Below are positions 28,751-42,165 of a stretch of DNA of 64,000 bases, piece by piece. Numbering within the stretch: position 1 is the stretch's first letter; each line of letters begins with the position of its first letter. The stretch covers positions 19,282,001-19,346,000 of the forward strand of contig OZ024748.1 in the NCBI GenBank assembly GCA_964016885.1, in the 5' to 3' direction. Under the pieces are notes generated by a model. That model was given only the letters and a program-made list of their open reading frames with translations, did not search any database and had not been told where the DNA came from. The translations under genes and the position numbers were made by a program. The stretch is from Eledone cirrhosa. Taxonomy: Eukaryota.

Positions 28751-29138
28751 GAAATTTGTATTCAGTGTATTCAGACTTGGAGGGAAGATGGTCTCCACCA
28801 GGTTTTAAAAAATACCCTAGAAGTGTATGTCAATATTGCACCCTACGACACAATCAGGAGTTTCGGTTGCATATTTACATTTTATTAGCAACGCAAAAAA
28901 TAGTACTTCACACAAGTAATGTATACATGAAGATTTTCAACTACATAGGAGCAGCTGTTATATCGGAGTATACTAGCATGACCCATTCATGTCCGTTGAC
29001 AATACATTTACAAGAAGACGAGCCTGCGCAACATATTAAAATATAACACGAGCAATAAAATGAGATAAAAAAAAACATTAGTTGACAATATTACAATACT
29101 ATATAGAATTCTGCAGAAAATAGTCTAGAACATTACCC

Positions 29139-29189
<51 letters not shown>

Positions 29190-29193
29190 TGTA

Positions 29194-29264
<71 letters not shown>

Positions 29265-29283
29265 GTATATACTGTATGTGTGC

Positions 29284-29316
<33 letters not shown>

Positions 29317-29409
29317 CATATATATATATATATATATAGGCACACACACATATATATATATGTATATATATGTATATATATATATGTATATATATATGTA
29401 TATATATAC

Positions 29410-29548
<139 letters not shown>

Positions 29549-29553
29549 TATAC

Positions 29554-29671
<118 letters not shown>

Positions 29672-29707
29672 GTACATATATATATATATACATATATATA
29701 TATGTAC

Positions 29708-29757
<50 letters not shown>

Positions 29758-29983
29758 TTATACATATATACATATATATATATATGCACACATATATACA
29801 TATATATATATATGCACACATATATATATATATATATATGCACACACATATATATATATATATATGCACACATATATATATATATATATACACACACATA
29901 TATACATATATATATATATGCACACATATATACTTATATATATATATGCACACATATATATACATATATATATATATGCACAC

Positions 29984-30018
<35 letters not shown>

Positions 30019-30131
30019 TACATATATATATAGGAATGCAATAGTACCAAACGGTAAGGTTGCAGACGTCTGTCGCTGATAGTATAGAATGAAACACTGC
30101 TTATCTCTGTAGAGTGGGACGGGGGAATGGA

Positions 30132-31540
30132 CTGGTGGTGGTGGTGGAGGTGGTGGTTGTGGTGGTGGTGGTGGTGGTGGTGGTGGTGGTGGTTGTGGTG
30201 GTTGTGGTGTTTGTGGTTGTGGTTGTTGTGGTGGTGGTGGTGGTTGTGGTGGTGGTGATGTTGGTTGTGGTTGTGGTGGTGGTTGTGGTGGAGGTGGTGG
30301 TGGTGGTGGTTGTGGTGGTGGTTGTGGTGGTTGTGGTGGTGGTGGTGGTGGTTGTGGTGGTGGTTGTGGTGGTTGTGGTGGTGGTGGTGGTGGTTGTGGT
30401 GGGGGTGGTGGTGGTGGTTGTGATGGTGGTTGTTCTGGTTGTGGAGGTTGTGGTGGTGGTGGTTGTGGTGGTGGTTGTGGTGGTTGTGGTGTTTGTGGTT
30501 GTGGTTGTTGTGCTGGTGGTGGTGGTTGTTCTGGTTGTGGAGGTTGTGGTGGTGGTGGTTGTGGTGGTGGTTGTGGTGGTTGTGGTGTTTGTGGTTGTTG
30601 TGCTGGTGGTGGTGGTTGTTGTGGTTGTGGTGGTTGTGGTGGTGGTGGTTGTGGTGGTGGTGGTGGTGGTTGTGGTGTTTGTGGTGGTTGTGGTGGTGGT
30701 GGTTGTGGTGTTTGTGGTGGTTGTGGTGGTGGTGGTGGTTGTGGTGGTGGTGGTGATGTTGGTGGTGGTTGTGGTGGTGGTTGTGGTGGAGGTGGTGGTG
30801 GTGGTGGTGGTGGTGGTGGTTGTGGTGGTGGTGGTGGTGGTGGTTGTGGTGGTGGTGGTGGTGGTTGTGGTGGTGGTGGTGGTGGTGGTGGTGGTTGTGA
30901 TGGTGGTTGTTGTGGTTGTGGTTGTTGTGGTGGTGGTGGTTGTGGTGGTGGTTGTGGTTGTTGTGGTTGTGGTTGTTGTGGTGGTGGTGGTGGTTGTTGT
31001 GGTTGTGGTGTTTGTGGTGGTGGTGGTTGTGGTGGTGGTGGTTGTGGTGTTTGTGGTGTTTGTGGTTGTGGTGGTTGTGGTGGTGGTGGTGGTGGTGGTG
31101 GAGGTGATGATTGTGGTAGTGGTGGTGGTGGTGGTGGTCATGGTGGTGGTGGTGGTGGTTGTGGTGGTTGTGGTGGTGGTGGCGGTGGTGGTTGTGGTGA
31201 TGATTGTGGTAGTGGTGGTGGTTGTGGTGGTGGTGGTGGTGGTGGTGGTGGTGGTTGTGGTGGTGGTTTTGTTGAAGGTGTTGGTGGTGGTAGTTGTGAT
31301 TGTGAAGGTGGTAGTGGTTGTTGTGGTGGTGGAGGTAGAGTTTATGGTGGAGTTGGTGGTGATGATGGCGATAACGATGATGGTAATGATGGTGATGTTG
31401 ATGATGGTGGTGATGGTGATAATGATGATGGTGATAATGATGATGATGATGCTGATTAAGGTGGTGGTGATGATGATGGTGATGATAAGGATGATGGTGA
31501 TGATGATGGTGATGGTGATGATGGTGATGATGGTGATGAT
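30132..31540. repeat. 1.4-kb (GTG/GTT)n trinucleotide array grading into (GAT)n
   Basis: Seen directly; source of the poly-V/T/H ORFs. Confidence 0.95.
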
Positions 31541-31834
31541 GCTTAATAGTACATAAAGGACCATGATTCATTTGAATGATTACAGAGGCCTTGAGAAGAC
31601 AGTGATATATAGAGAGAGAGAGAGGGGGGGGGAGAGAAGGGAAAGAAAGGAGGATAGAAGAGATGCACAGACACAGATAGACAGAAAGATAGATAGACAG
31701 ATAGATAGACAAAAAGACAGACAGATAGATAGATAGAGAGATAGAGAGACAGGGAGACAGACTTATAGACAGACAGATAGATAAACGGATAGATAAACAC
31801 ACACACACACACATATATATATACACACACACAC

Positions 31835-31872
<38 letters not shown>

Positions 31873-31968
31873 TGACTGAGATCGAGAGATAGATACACTA
31901 ACAATTATACAGAAGAATGGGTCTGAAACTCATCGTAATATGAGATTAAATGAATATCACAGTTACTG

Positions 31969-32292
31969 TATATATACATAACTATATATACATAACTATA
32001 TATACATAACTATATATACATAACTATATATACATAACTATATATACATAACTATATATACATAACTATATATACATAACTATATATACATAACTATATA
32101 TACATAACTATATATACATAACTATATATACATAACTATATATACATAACTATATATACATAACTATATATACATAACTATATATACATAACTATATATA
32201 TATAACTATATATACATAACTATATATACATAACTATATATACATAACTATATATACATAACTATATATACATAACTATATATACATAACTA
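31969..32292. repeat. 14-bp minisatellite (tatatacataacta)n, ~23 copies
   Basis: Near-perfect tandem repeat. Confidence 0.95.
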
Positions 32293-32362
32293 TATATATA
32301 TATATATATATATATGCATGTATATATAGATACACACACACACACACATTCTCTCTCACACA

Positions 32363-32398
<36 letters not shown>

Positions 32399-32544
32399 CT
32401 TATACAGGGCTTCATATTACAGAGGGCTGCACCCCTGTAAGTGAACAATTGGGGATGTTATTAGTGCAATATTTGTCTGGGTAATACCCAATAGTTATGT
32501 AGGGGTGTTGTGGAAGCAGCAGAGCATCATGTCGGTCTGGGGTG

Positions 32545-32590
<46 letters not shown>

Positions 32591-32591
32591 G

Positions 32592-32658
<67 letters not shown>

Positions 32659-33184
32659 GTGTGTGCGTGTGTGTACAGCATCTCATTCCAGAGGAGCGGT
32701 ACTTAAGATATTAACATATGGATAGAAACGAGGAGTTCGTTACTCACATCTTTGAATGTGTTGGTAAAGCAATTATTGCCAGGCAATAGAATGTCATCTT
32801 GATACGAAGTGTCTGAGCCAAGCTTATAAAGGGATGGGTTCAGTCGGTACATTTGTTTATGGCCCCGAGAGCTAAGTAGGGTGGCGTGTCTGTGAATAAT
32901 TGATAAACCCCATCTAAAAAAACGAAATCTCTCAGCTCATTTGAATTTTTGAGAGAAGCTCGAGAGTCGAACTAAGACTTTACGATTGTGGGCGCAACAC
33001 ATCATTTACCATTAAGCAACTAATCATCGCATACATGCAGGTAGTCTTCTATTCGTTTGTCGACAGGCAGTCGATAGTGTCGTTTATACTATCACGAATA
33101 GAATATGATGTGTGTGTTACAGAATGCATATGAGGCCGCCACAAATTGGCAGAGCTGTTAGAATGTCAGATAGAGTGTGAAATG

Positions 33185-33463
33185 AGTAAAACTAGCTGTC
33201 AAGTTAAACCCTTTCTGAGAGGAGCCCCCACCAATAAGACTGCCTGAATCAGAAGTAAAACTAGCTGTCAAGTTAAACCTGTCCGAAGAGAAGCGACCAC
33301 CAAGAAGACTGTCTGAGTCAGAAGTAAACCTAGCTGTCAAGTTAAACCTGTCCTTTGATAAGCGACCACCAGTAAGACTGTCTGAATCAGAAGTAGATCT
33401 AGCTGTTATGTCAAACCCGTTCCGAGAGGAACGACCACCAAGAAGACTGTCTGAGTCAGAAGT
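33185..33463. repeat. 69-bp tandem repeat, 4 copies
   Basis: agtaaa.ctagctgt at 33185, 33254, 33323 and 33392. Confidence 0.9.
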
Positions 33464-34069
33464 CGTTTACAGTAGAAAAAAGGTGTATTAAATAGCATAA
33501 CAATAAATGAAGGAGTTGGGGTGAGTTAACAGCCATCTGACTGTGTGTTTTGTCAGACATGCAAGTGTTTTAAGAGGTGTCTGAGATGTTCCATTGTGTC
33601 GTGAGCATGAATGTGGAGGAGGCTGGCATTCATGTGGGTATTTAGTAAATATGACCTTTGAATGAGAGGGAATACATGTTCAATCCTGAGCAAAATATGT
33701 CCAGAAAAATGTTTTGAATACAACACATCACAGAATGCTTTGCACTATTAGTTCCAGCTCTCTACGTTCTCCGAGGTCAAATACCACCGGGCTTAATTTG
33801 CTTTTCATCATTTTGAGGTCGATGAAACAAAAGTACCAGACCAATACTGGAGTCGATTCTTCTTCTATATCGCTTTCTGATTTTCTCTTCCGCTCCCTTT
33901 TCTGGAAGAGACCTGGAGATGGGATAGACATCGCTAGGGTTAAAATACACAAGACACACAGTATGTCAGTACAAATTACAGGTACACACGTAGATATATA
34001 TATATATATACACACACATACATAAATATATACATACATGCCCACATACATACATACATACGTACGTAC

Positions 34070-34376
34070 ATGATGATGGCTGCCCCTCGTTATCGAGTAT
34101 GGCCATTGCACGTATAACATTATTAATAATTACTAATTAATGCTATCGTACAATGGCTGTGACTAAAGATTTTTTTAAAGTGAGGAAAGACTGTGCACTG
34201 AGCCAATCCCACTCTCTGAGTAACAGTAGTTATAACCCGAAAAGAAGAAAATATCAACATCATCGGTAACTACTAAGCCGCAGGTTTTATGTCTGAGTTA
34301 TCCCAGTTTCCTGAGTTGCCTTGTAGAAGAATGTCCTGACAAAGGCTAGGGGTCCTTCACTCCCAGTGGTTTAACC
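34070..34376 (-). mobile_element. Second copy of the ~300-bp RTE-related retroposon
   Basis: Colinear with 6915-7220. Confidence 0.7.
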
Positions 34377-35089
34377 TACATACATACATACATACCGACA
34401 TACATACATAATTAATTACATGCATACAAACACAATAAACCATACCGTATTATTTATGATATATAACAGCGACATCTACCCCATGATACCATCAAGAGTT
34501 AGGGTCCTATACGTACAGACATAGAATGCATAACGTGAGTTTTCCCGCCTCCTGACCGTCAGAGTGAGGAAGCAACGTAAAGAAAAGGTCACTATCACCA
34601 ACATAGCGAGAGTTCAATGTTTTATTTTAATGTTAGAAATAGATAATTATTTGTTTATCCAACCACGCCATAAAAGGTTTGGTGACGTCTCCAGTAATTA
34701 CAATCCACATAATACCATTTTCCATCTGTTTAAAATGAGTTGTTGTCTGTACATGTGTTTTTCCTTTCTTCAGTTTTTATATTTAGCTTGAAGGCTCACA
34801 CGAACAGCATGCACAATTGTGGTTTAAGATGTTGTTAATATCTGTTAATTTCTGATGAGAGCTTGGGTTGGTTAAGTCCCACCAACACTGTGTTGACTGG
34901 AGGACTTTATTTTGACAACAGAAGCAATAATGGAAGGTCTATGTGAGGTCTGTGGGAGGTCCTGTAAAACAGAACTTCTCCAGGCTATGATGAAAAGTAT
35001 GTCTTGGTTTATGTCAATGTTAAGAATAGACCCAGTTCATTACATACATACATACATATAAATATATACATACAAATAGATATATATAT

Positions 35090-35147
<58 letters not shown>

Positions 35148-35149
<2 letters not shown>

Positions 35150-35390
35150 CATGTAGCTTAGTGGTTAGTGTATACAGTTCAAGATCATAGGGTCGTGAGT
35201 TCAATTCCCGGTCTGTTCTTTTTAAACAAAGCACTTTATTCCACTTTGCTCCAGTTGGCAAAAATGCGTTGTGCCTGTAATTCAATGGGTCAGCATTGTC
35301 ATAAATTACTTTACGCTGAATCTCCCTGAGAACTACGTTGACGGTTCACGTGTCTGAGGAATGTTCAGACACTTACACGATAATCTTATG
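35148..35390 (+). mobile_element. CORE-type SINE
   Basis: A box tagcttagtggttag, B box gagttcaattcc, cactttattccactttgctccagt. Confidence 0.7.
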
Positions 35391-35414
35391 AGTTAACTTT
35401 AAAACACAAATAAT

Positions 35415-35601
35415 AATTGTTTCTATTTTTGGCACGAGGCCAGCAATTAACCCAGTGCATTACTGGTACTTTATTTTATCCACCCGGTAAGGAAGAAAGA
35501 CAAAGTTAACCTCGGCAGGATTTGAACTCAGAATGTAAAGGGCCGTAACTCTATGTTGCAAATCATGGCGCCCGATCCTCTTCTGATATTGCCAATCCGC
35601 C
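35415..35601 (-). mobile_element. Family A SINE
   Basis: Family match. Confidence 0.85.
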
Positions 35602-35777
35602 TATATCTCTTTCAGACTACGATATTTTAAAAATGGATTCTTAACAGTTAAATTTTATCGTGAAATCTGAAACACAAACTAAAATATATATAGTTGAGTG
35701 AACTGCATCCACGTGAAGTAAAGTTTCTTGCTCAAGGCCGCATAAAAGAACATCAATCTAACATGAGTACAGTTTCA

Positions 35778-37170
35778 AGGTGCCCCAGCATGGCCACAAG
35801 TAAAATAGACAGATAAATAGATGATGGTGCCCCAGCATGGCCAGAAGTATAATAGACAGACAAATAGATGGTGGTGCTCCAACATGGCCAAAAGCTAATA
35901 GATAGATAGATAAATAGATGGTGGTGCTCCAGCATGGCCAAAAGCAACTAGATAGAGATAAATAGATGGTGGTGCCCCAGTATGACCAAAAGCAAAATAG
36001 ATAGACAGATAAATAGATGGTGGTGCCCCAGTATGACCAAAAGCAAAATAGATAGACAGATAAATAGATGGTGGTGCCCCAGTATGACCAAAAGCAAAAT
36101 AGATAGACAGATAAATAGATGGTGGTGCCCCAGTATGACCAAAAGCAAAATAGATAGACAGATAAATAGATGGTGGTGCCCCAGTATGACCAAAAGCAAA
36201 ATAGATAGACAGATAAATAGATGGTGGTGCCCCAGTATGACCAAAAGCAAAATAGATAGACAGATAAATAGATGGTGGTGCCCCAGTATGACCAAAAGTA
36301 AAATAGATAGACAGATAAATAGATGGTGGTGCCCTAGTATGACCAAAAGCAAAATAGATAGACAGATAAATAGATGGTGGTGCCCTAGTATGACCAAAAG
36401 CAAAATAGATAGACAGATAAATAGATGGTGGTGCCCCAGTATGACCAAAAGCAAAATAGATAGACAGATAAATAGATGGTGGTGCCCCAGTATGACCAAA
36501 AGCAAAATAGATAGACAGATAAATAGATGGTGGTGCCCTAGTATGACCAAAAGCAAAATAGATAGACAGATAAATAGATGGTGGTGCCCCAGTATGACCA
36601 AAAGCAAAATAGATAGACAGATAAATAGATGGTGGTGCCCCAGTATGATCAAAAGCAAAATAGATAGACAGATAAATAGATGGTGGTGCCCCAGTATGAC
36701 CAAAAGTAAAATAGATAGACAGATAAATAGATGGTGGTGCCCTAGTATGACCAAAAGCAAAATCGATAGACAGATAAATAGATGGTGGTGCCCTAGTATG
36801 ACCAAAAGCAAAATAGATAGACAGATAAATAGATGGTGGTGCCCCAGTATGACCAAAAGCAAAATAGATAGACAGATAAATAGATGGTGGTGCCCCAGTA
36901 TGACCAAAAGCAAAATAGATAGACAGATAAATAGATGGTGGTGCCCCAGTATGACCAAAAGCAAAATAGATAGACAGATAAATAGATGGTGGTGCCACAG
37001 TATGACCAAAAGCAAAATAGATAGACAGATAAATAGATGGTGGTGCCCTAGTATGACCAAAAGCAAAATAGATAGACAGATAAATAGATGGTGGTGCCCC
37101 AGTATGACCAAAAGAAAAATAGATAGACAGATAAATAGATGGCAGTGCCCCAGCAGCACGGCTACAAGTT
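35778..37170 (+). repeat. 51-bp minisatellite, ~23 homogeneous plus ~5 degenerate edge copies
   Basis: Unit ggtggtgccccagtatgaccaaaagcaaaatagatagacagataaatagat; 17-aa periodicity in the ORF track. Confidence 0.97.
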
Positions 37171-37499
37171 AATAGACAAATGAATAAATAGATAGAAACA
37201 TCTCGATGTTTATAGAAAGACACGAGTAGCTAAATTTCTATAGATTCAAGGGGAATTATGCATCGAGTCGGTGACTAGACGGCTATTGTCTAACGAAGTC
37301 ACCTGACACTTCGTAATAGACTGTACGATAAAGAAATGAAATAGAAGTAAATATAAGAGGTTTCCATGTATTCTTAAGAGGCTGAAGTATATTTTTAGCT
37401 ATGTAATTGTTACACTTACTACGCACAATTGACGATCAAGTCACGGCCCCAAACGAATATTATACTGATGTGTGTATATATGTATGTGTGTATATATCT

Positions 37500-38330
37500 A
37501 TGTAAGTAAGTATGTATGTATGTATGTATGTATGTTTGCGTATATAAGTAACTATGTATGAATGTATGTATGTAGGTTTGTGTGTATATGTATGTATTTA
37601 TGTAAGTATTTATGTAAGTATGTATGTATGTATGTATGAATGTATGTTTGCGTATATAAGTAACTATGTATGAATGTATGTATATAGGTTAGTGTGTATA
37701 TGTATGTATTTATGTAAGTATTTATGTAAGTATGTATGTATGTATGTATGAATGTATGTTTGCGTATATAAGTAACTATGTATGAATGTATGTATATAGG
37801 TTAGTGTGTATATGTATGTATTTATGTAAGTATTTATGTAAGTATGTACGTATGTATGTATGAATGTATGTTTGCGTATATAAGTAACTATGTATGAATG
37901 TATGTATGTAGGTTTGTGTGTATATGTATGTATTTATGTAAGTATTTATGTAAGTATGTATGTATGTATGTATGTTTGCGTATATAAGTAACTATGTATG
38001 AATGTATGTATATAGGTTAGTGTGTATATGTATGTATTTATGTAAGTATGTATGTATGTATGTATGTTTGCGTATGTATGTATGTATGTATGTATGTATG
38101 TATGTAGGTTCGTGTGTGTATGTATGTATTTATGTAAGTATGTGTTTGTGTGTGTGTGTATGTATGTGTGTGTATGCATGTGTGTATGTATGTATGTATG
38201 TATGTATGTATGCATGTATGTATGTATGTATGTATGTAAGTGTGAATGTATGCTTGTATATAGGTATGTATATATGTATATATGTCTGCATGTATGTATG
38301 TATATATGTATGTATGTATGTAGTTATGCA
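37500..38330. repeat. (TATG)-derived compound minisatellite, ~115-bp period in the first part
   Basis: Recurrent tttgcgtatataagtaactatg. Confidence 0.85.
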
Positions 38331-38484
38331 TCTGTGTATGTAATATATTTTATATCTATATTTAAAATTACATACACATATACGTGTGTGCATATACATA
38401 CATACAGACACATACACACACATATGTATATATATATACACACACACATATAATATATATATATACACATATATACACATACAG

Positions 38485-38560
<76 letters not shown>

Positions 38561-38564
<4 letters not shown>

Positions 38565-38754
38565 AACGAGTAGGACCCCGACGGCTGAGCTCAAGCCGTT
38601 TCGACAGCTAATTCTGGACCGGAATTAGCCATCGAAACGGCTTGAGCTCAGCCGTCGGGGTCCTACTCGTTCCTATTACCCACTCTACTACCCTAAGTAT
38701 TGAGTACTTTGGTGCGTTATGGTCCACCTGGTTCCTTACCACATTTCCTCCGTT
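38561..38754 (+). mobile_element. Hairpin-family element copy 5
   Basis: Family match. Confidence 0.92.
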
Positions 38755-38834
38755 ATATATATATTTATATATATATATGTATGTATATGTATGTATATAT
38801 ATATATATATATATACATATATATACATATATAT

Positions 38835-39436
38835 AAGTATATATTACACAAAGAGAAGTGTGTTACACAGTGAGATGTGTGTAAAGAATTATTACAAGTG
38901 ATTTTACCGTTACTGTATAGAGAACAATATCTACAGGTTAGCAATTAAATAGAAAAAAAACAATTCAGAATCAAATCTCTGGATTAGAGTTTTAAATCAC
39001 AAACCTTATAACTCTGGCCAGCGTGTCTATTAGCAATCTCTCTATCCATGAGGTTAGATGTGTAGTGTTCAGTGTTCGCATTTGCTGACTGAGGATCCTG
39101 TGACCTGATACTTCACATATAAGTGGTGAAACGAAGCGAGATTCGTATCAGCAAAATATAGTTATAAGGTTTGTGATTTAATACTCTAATCCAGAGATTT
39201 GATTCTGAATTGGTTTTTTTCTATTTAATTGCCAACCTGTAGATATTGTTCTCTATACAGTAACGGTAAAATCACTTGTAATAATTCTTTACACACATCT
39301 CACTGTGTAACACACTTCTCTTTGTGTAATATATACTTGCATTTGAGGTCAGAAGGAAATTCTCTATTCTTCTTTGAGCTAATACTATTATTATTATTAC
39401 AGTGAACTGCGGAATACTCTTAATTCCGATCTTTGT

Positions 39437-39440
<4 letters not shown>
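38835..39440 (+). mobile_element. Inverted-repeat element (arms 38835-39013 / 39160-39338) with an HHR in the spacer; Penelope pLTR-like
   Basis: ~178-bp arms with few mismatches; (TA)n flanks. Confidence 0.8.
39081..39155 (+). ncRNA. Type I hammerhead ribozyme
   Basis: tttgctga-CTGAGGA-32 nt irregular stem II-GAAA-cgaagcgagattcg-TA-tcagcaaa. Confidence 0.75.
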
Positions 39441-39506
<66 letters not shown>

Positions 39507-39513
39507 TATATAT

Positions 39514-39589
<76 letters not shown>

Positions 39590-39645
39590 TAAAGAGTTAA
39601 ACAAGATTCAATGAGTATATCAAAGAATGTGTTTATATAGAATGA

Positions 39646-39683
<38 letters not shown>

Positions 39684-39796
39684 ACAGGGAAAAAAAGACG
39701 ATTATTAGGAAGAAAAATATATTTTTTTCCTTTTTTATTTATTTCTCTCTCATATATATGTGTGTGTGTTTGTGTATGTGTGTATGTGTGTGTGTG

Positions 39797-39832
<36 letters not shown>

Positions 39833-40064
39833 TGTGTATGTGTGTGTCTGTAGGTATGCGTACCACCCATTTGTATATAGAAACATTTTCCATTGTTAAC
39901 ATTCTAGAAATTTCTCCAAGAAAAAATTCACAGTAATTAGGATACATTGGGTGTATATGGAAATGAAATGTGTGAAGTTACATATATATAGTAATTCGAG
40001 GGTGTATATATATGTATGTGATTGCGACTGAGACATATGTATCAATATATATATATATGTACTC

Positions 40065-40322
40065 AGAGCTGTATGGGAGCCTCCCAAAAGTCAGCTCAAA
40101 AGTGACACAGAGGAGACTGAGGTTAGCTGGACATGCTCACCGACATCCAGAGTTGACATTATACTCAGTGCTCCTGTGGGAGCCCCTGCATGGACACACT
40201 AGAAGAGAAAGACCAAGGTTAACGTATGTTGATGCCCTAAGGACAGACACTGGTCTGTTGGAAACGAAGGACATGGCAGCGATAATGAGGGACAGAGACC
40301 GGTGGGGAGAACTCGTCCACAT
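40065..40322 (+). mobile_element. 3' fragment of an RTE-clade LINE ORF
   Basis: Translates ELYGSLPKVSSKVTQRRLRLAGHAHRHPE...LLWEPLHGHTRRERPRLTYVDALRTDTGL...MRDRDRW, a typical RTE C-terminus. Confidence 0.85.
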
Positions 40323-40615
40323 AATATACATATATGCATATATACTCCCTCCACACACATATTAATATATACATATATATATTGAGTTAGAAACTTACAA
40401 TTAAATAGCTCTAAGAAAAAAGCTTTTCTGAGCCGTATAATATAATTGAATAAACAAGAGAGATGAAAACTAATATAAACATACATGTGTTCGAATCGTA
40501 AGGACCAAGTTTGCTAAGGTGAAAAAATACTAACTACAGCAATATTGTTTGTCAGACTTAATTTCAAATATTAAATTAAGAAAAATAACAGACCCATTTG
40601 GGACAATCGCCTGGT

Positions 40616-40697
40616 AACAACTAGACAGTTTTGGAGACTGTTTCGCAACATCTTATTAAGTGAAGTCCACTCTTTTTGCTGCTCCTCAGTAGTTGTT
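40616..40697 (-). ncRNA. Type I hammerhead ribozyme
   Basis: aacaacta-CTGAGGA-gcagca...tgttgc-GAAA-cagtctccaaaactg-TC-tagttgtt. Confidence 0.88.
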
Positions 40698-40954
40698 GAA
40701 AAATTAGTGATACTTCCACTTCTAAAAATATTAGAGACTGAATTGCGTGCGATAAGAATTATCGCACGTGTCTTTGGAACCCAGCTTGTCTCGAAATTCC
40801 ATGCCGCTAAAAACTAGCTCAACATGATGGAGCCGAAACTATATAGTGAGTTAGAAACTCAGAGTAGTTTCTTACAATTAAATAGCTCTAAGAAAAAAGC
40901 TTTCCGAGCCGTATAATGTTAAGAATTGTAGAGAGTTCGAATGTCAACTATAAA

Positions 40955-41560
40955 TGTATGTATGGGCCTCTATATGTATGTATAACCCTGTATATGTATG
41001 TATAAGCCTATATATGTATGTATAAGCCTGTATATGTATGTAGAACCTGTATATGTATGTATAAGCATCTATATGTATGTATAACCCTGTATATGTATGT
41101 ATAAGCCTGTATATGTATGTATAAGCCTGTATATGTATGTAGAACCTGTATATGTATGTATAAACCTGTATATGTATGTATAAACCTGTATATGTATGTA
41201 TAAACCTTTATATGTATGTATAAGCCTGTATATGTATGTATAAGCGTGTATATGTATTTATAAACCTGTATATATATGTATAAACCCGTATATGTATGTA
41301 TAAGCCTGTATATGTATGTATAAACCTGTATATGTATGTATAAGCCTGTATATGTATGTATAAGCCTTTATATGTATGTATAAGCCTTTATATGTATGTA
41401 TAAGCCTGTATATGTATGTATAAGCGTGTATATGTATGTATAAACCTGTATATGTATGTATAAACTCGTATATGTATGTATAAGCCCGTATATGTATGTA
41501 TAAGCCTGTATATGTATGTATAAGCGTGTATATGTATGTATAAGCGTGTATATGTATGTA
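40955..41560. repeat. 20-bp minisatellite (tatatgtatgtataagcctg)n, ~30 copies
   Basis: Seen directly. Confidence 0.93.
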
Positions 41561-41959
41561 TTAGTCTTCCAGAGAAGGATAAAGAGAGTGAAAAAATGGA
41601 AGTGAGAAAGATCTATAGAGGAAGAATCGACTCCAATACTTGTTTTATCGACCTGGAATGGATGAAAGGCAAAGTTGATCTCGGCGGGATTTGAAATTAA
41701 AGAGCAGAACGAGAACCAATACAACAAAGCATTCTATCCGACCTTCTAACGACTCTGACATCTCACTCCCTATCTTAGATTGTTGTTATAGGTAACCGTG
41801 ACAGATAAAATGAAATATTCACATCATCCACATGACAGGTGCAATGTGTCAGTACACGGAAGAACCGAACAACTCCCATTGTCATCTCCTCCATCTCTCT
41901 CGCCCTCCACATCTCTCTGTATTCTGAGCAAATGTGGTCCCGCGTGCTGGCCGCCCCAT

Positions 41960-42165
41960 AGCCTCGGCCGACAGAATGGAGAAGGTGTTTCCCCCGAAGG
42001 ATGGTAAAAGAGATGCTCTGGAAGAGTCATTCCATCTCGCGAGGCTCACACCTGCGGCTGACCAGCTTAGCGCCTATGGTAGTGAGTAGGGAGGTAGCCC
42101 TAGGGCCAAGGACACCAGAAGTCTCCACTGCCAAGGGCACGCCCACAAACCTGTCGGAGAGCGAC
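41960..42165 (-). mobile_element. 3' fragment of a CRE-clade non-LTR retrotransposon (restriction-like endonuclease C-terminus)
   Basis: Minus strand reads VPLAVETSGVLGPRATSLLTIGAKLVSRRCEPREME*LFQSISFTILRG, matching the P.AVET.G..G...FQR.S..I.RGN pattern. Confidence 0.7.

Noticed and set aside
29934-31904. Long poly-His/Thr/Val ORFs
   Set aside because: Read-through of a trinucleotide microsatellite in several frames, with no unique coding flanks.
35778-37170. CRISPR-like regular array and 400-aa repeat ORFs
   Set aside because: Units are contiguous with no unique spacers and there are no cas genes. Frames stay open only because the 51-bp unit is a multiple of 3 without stops.
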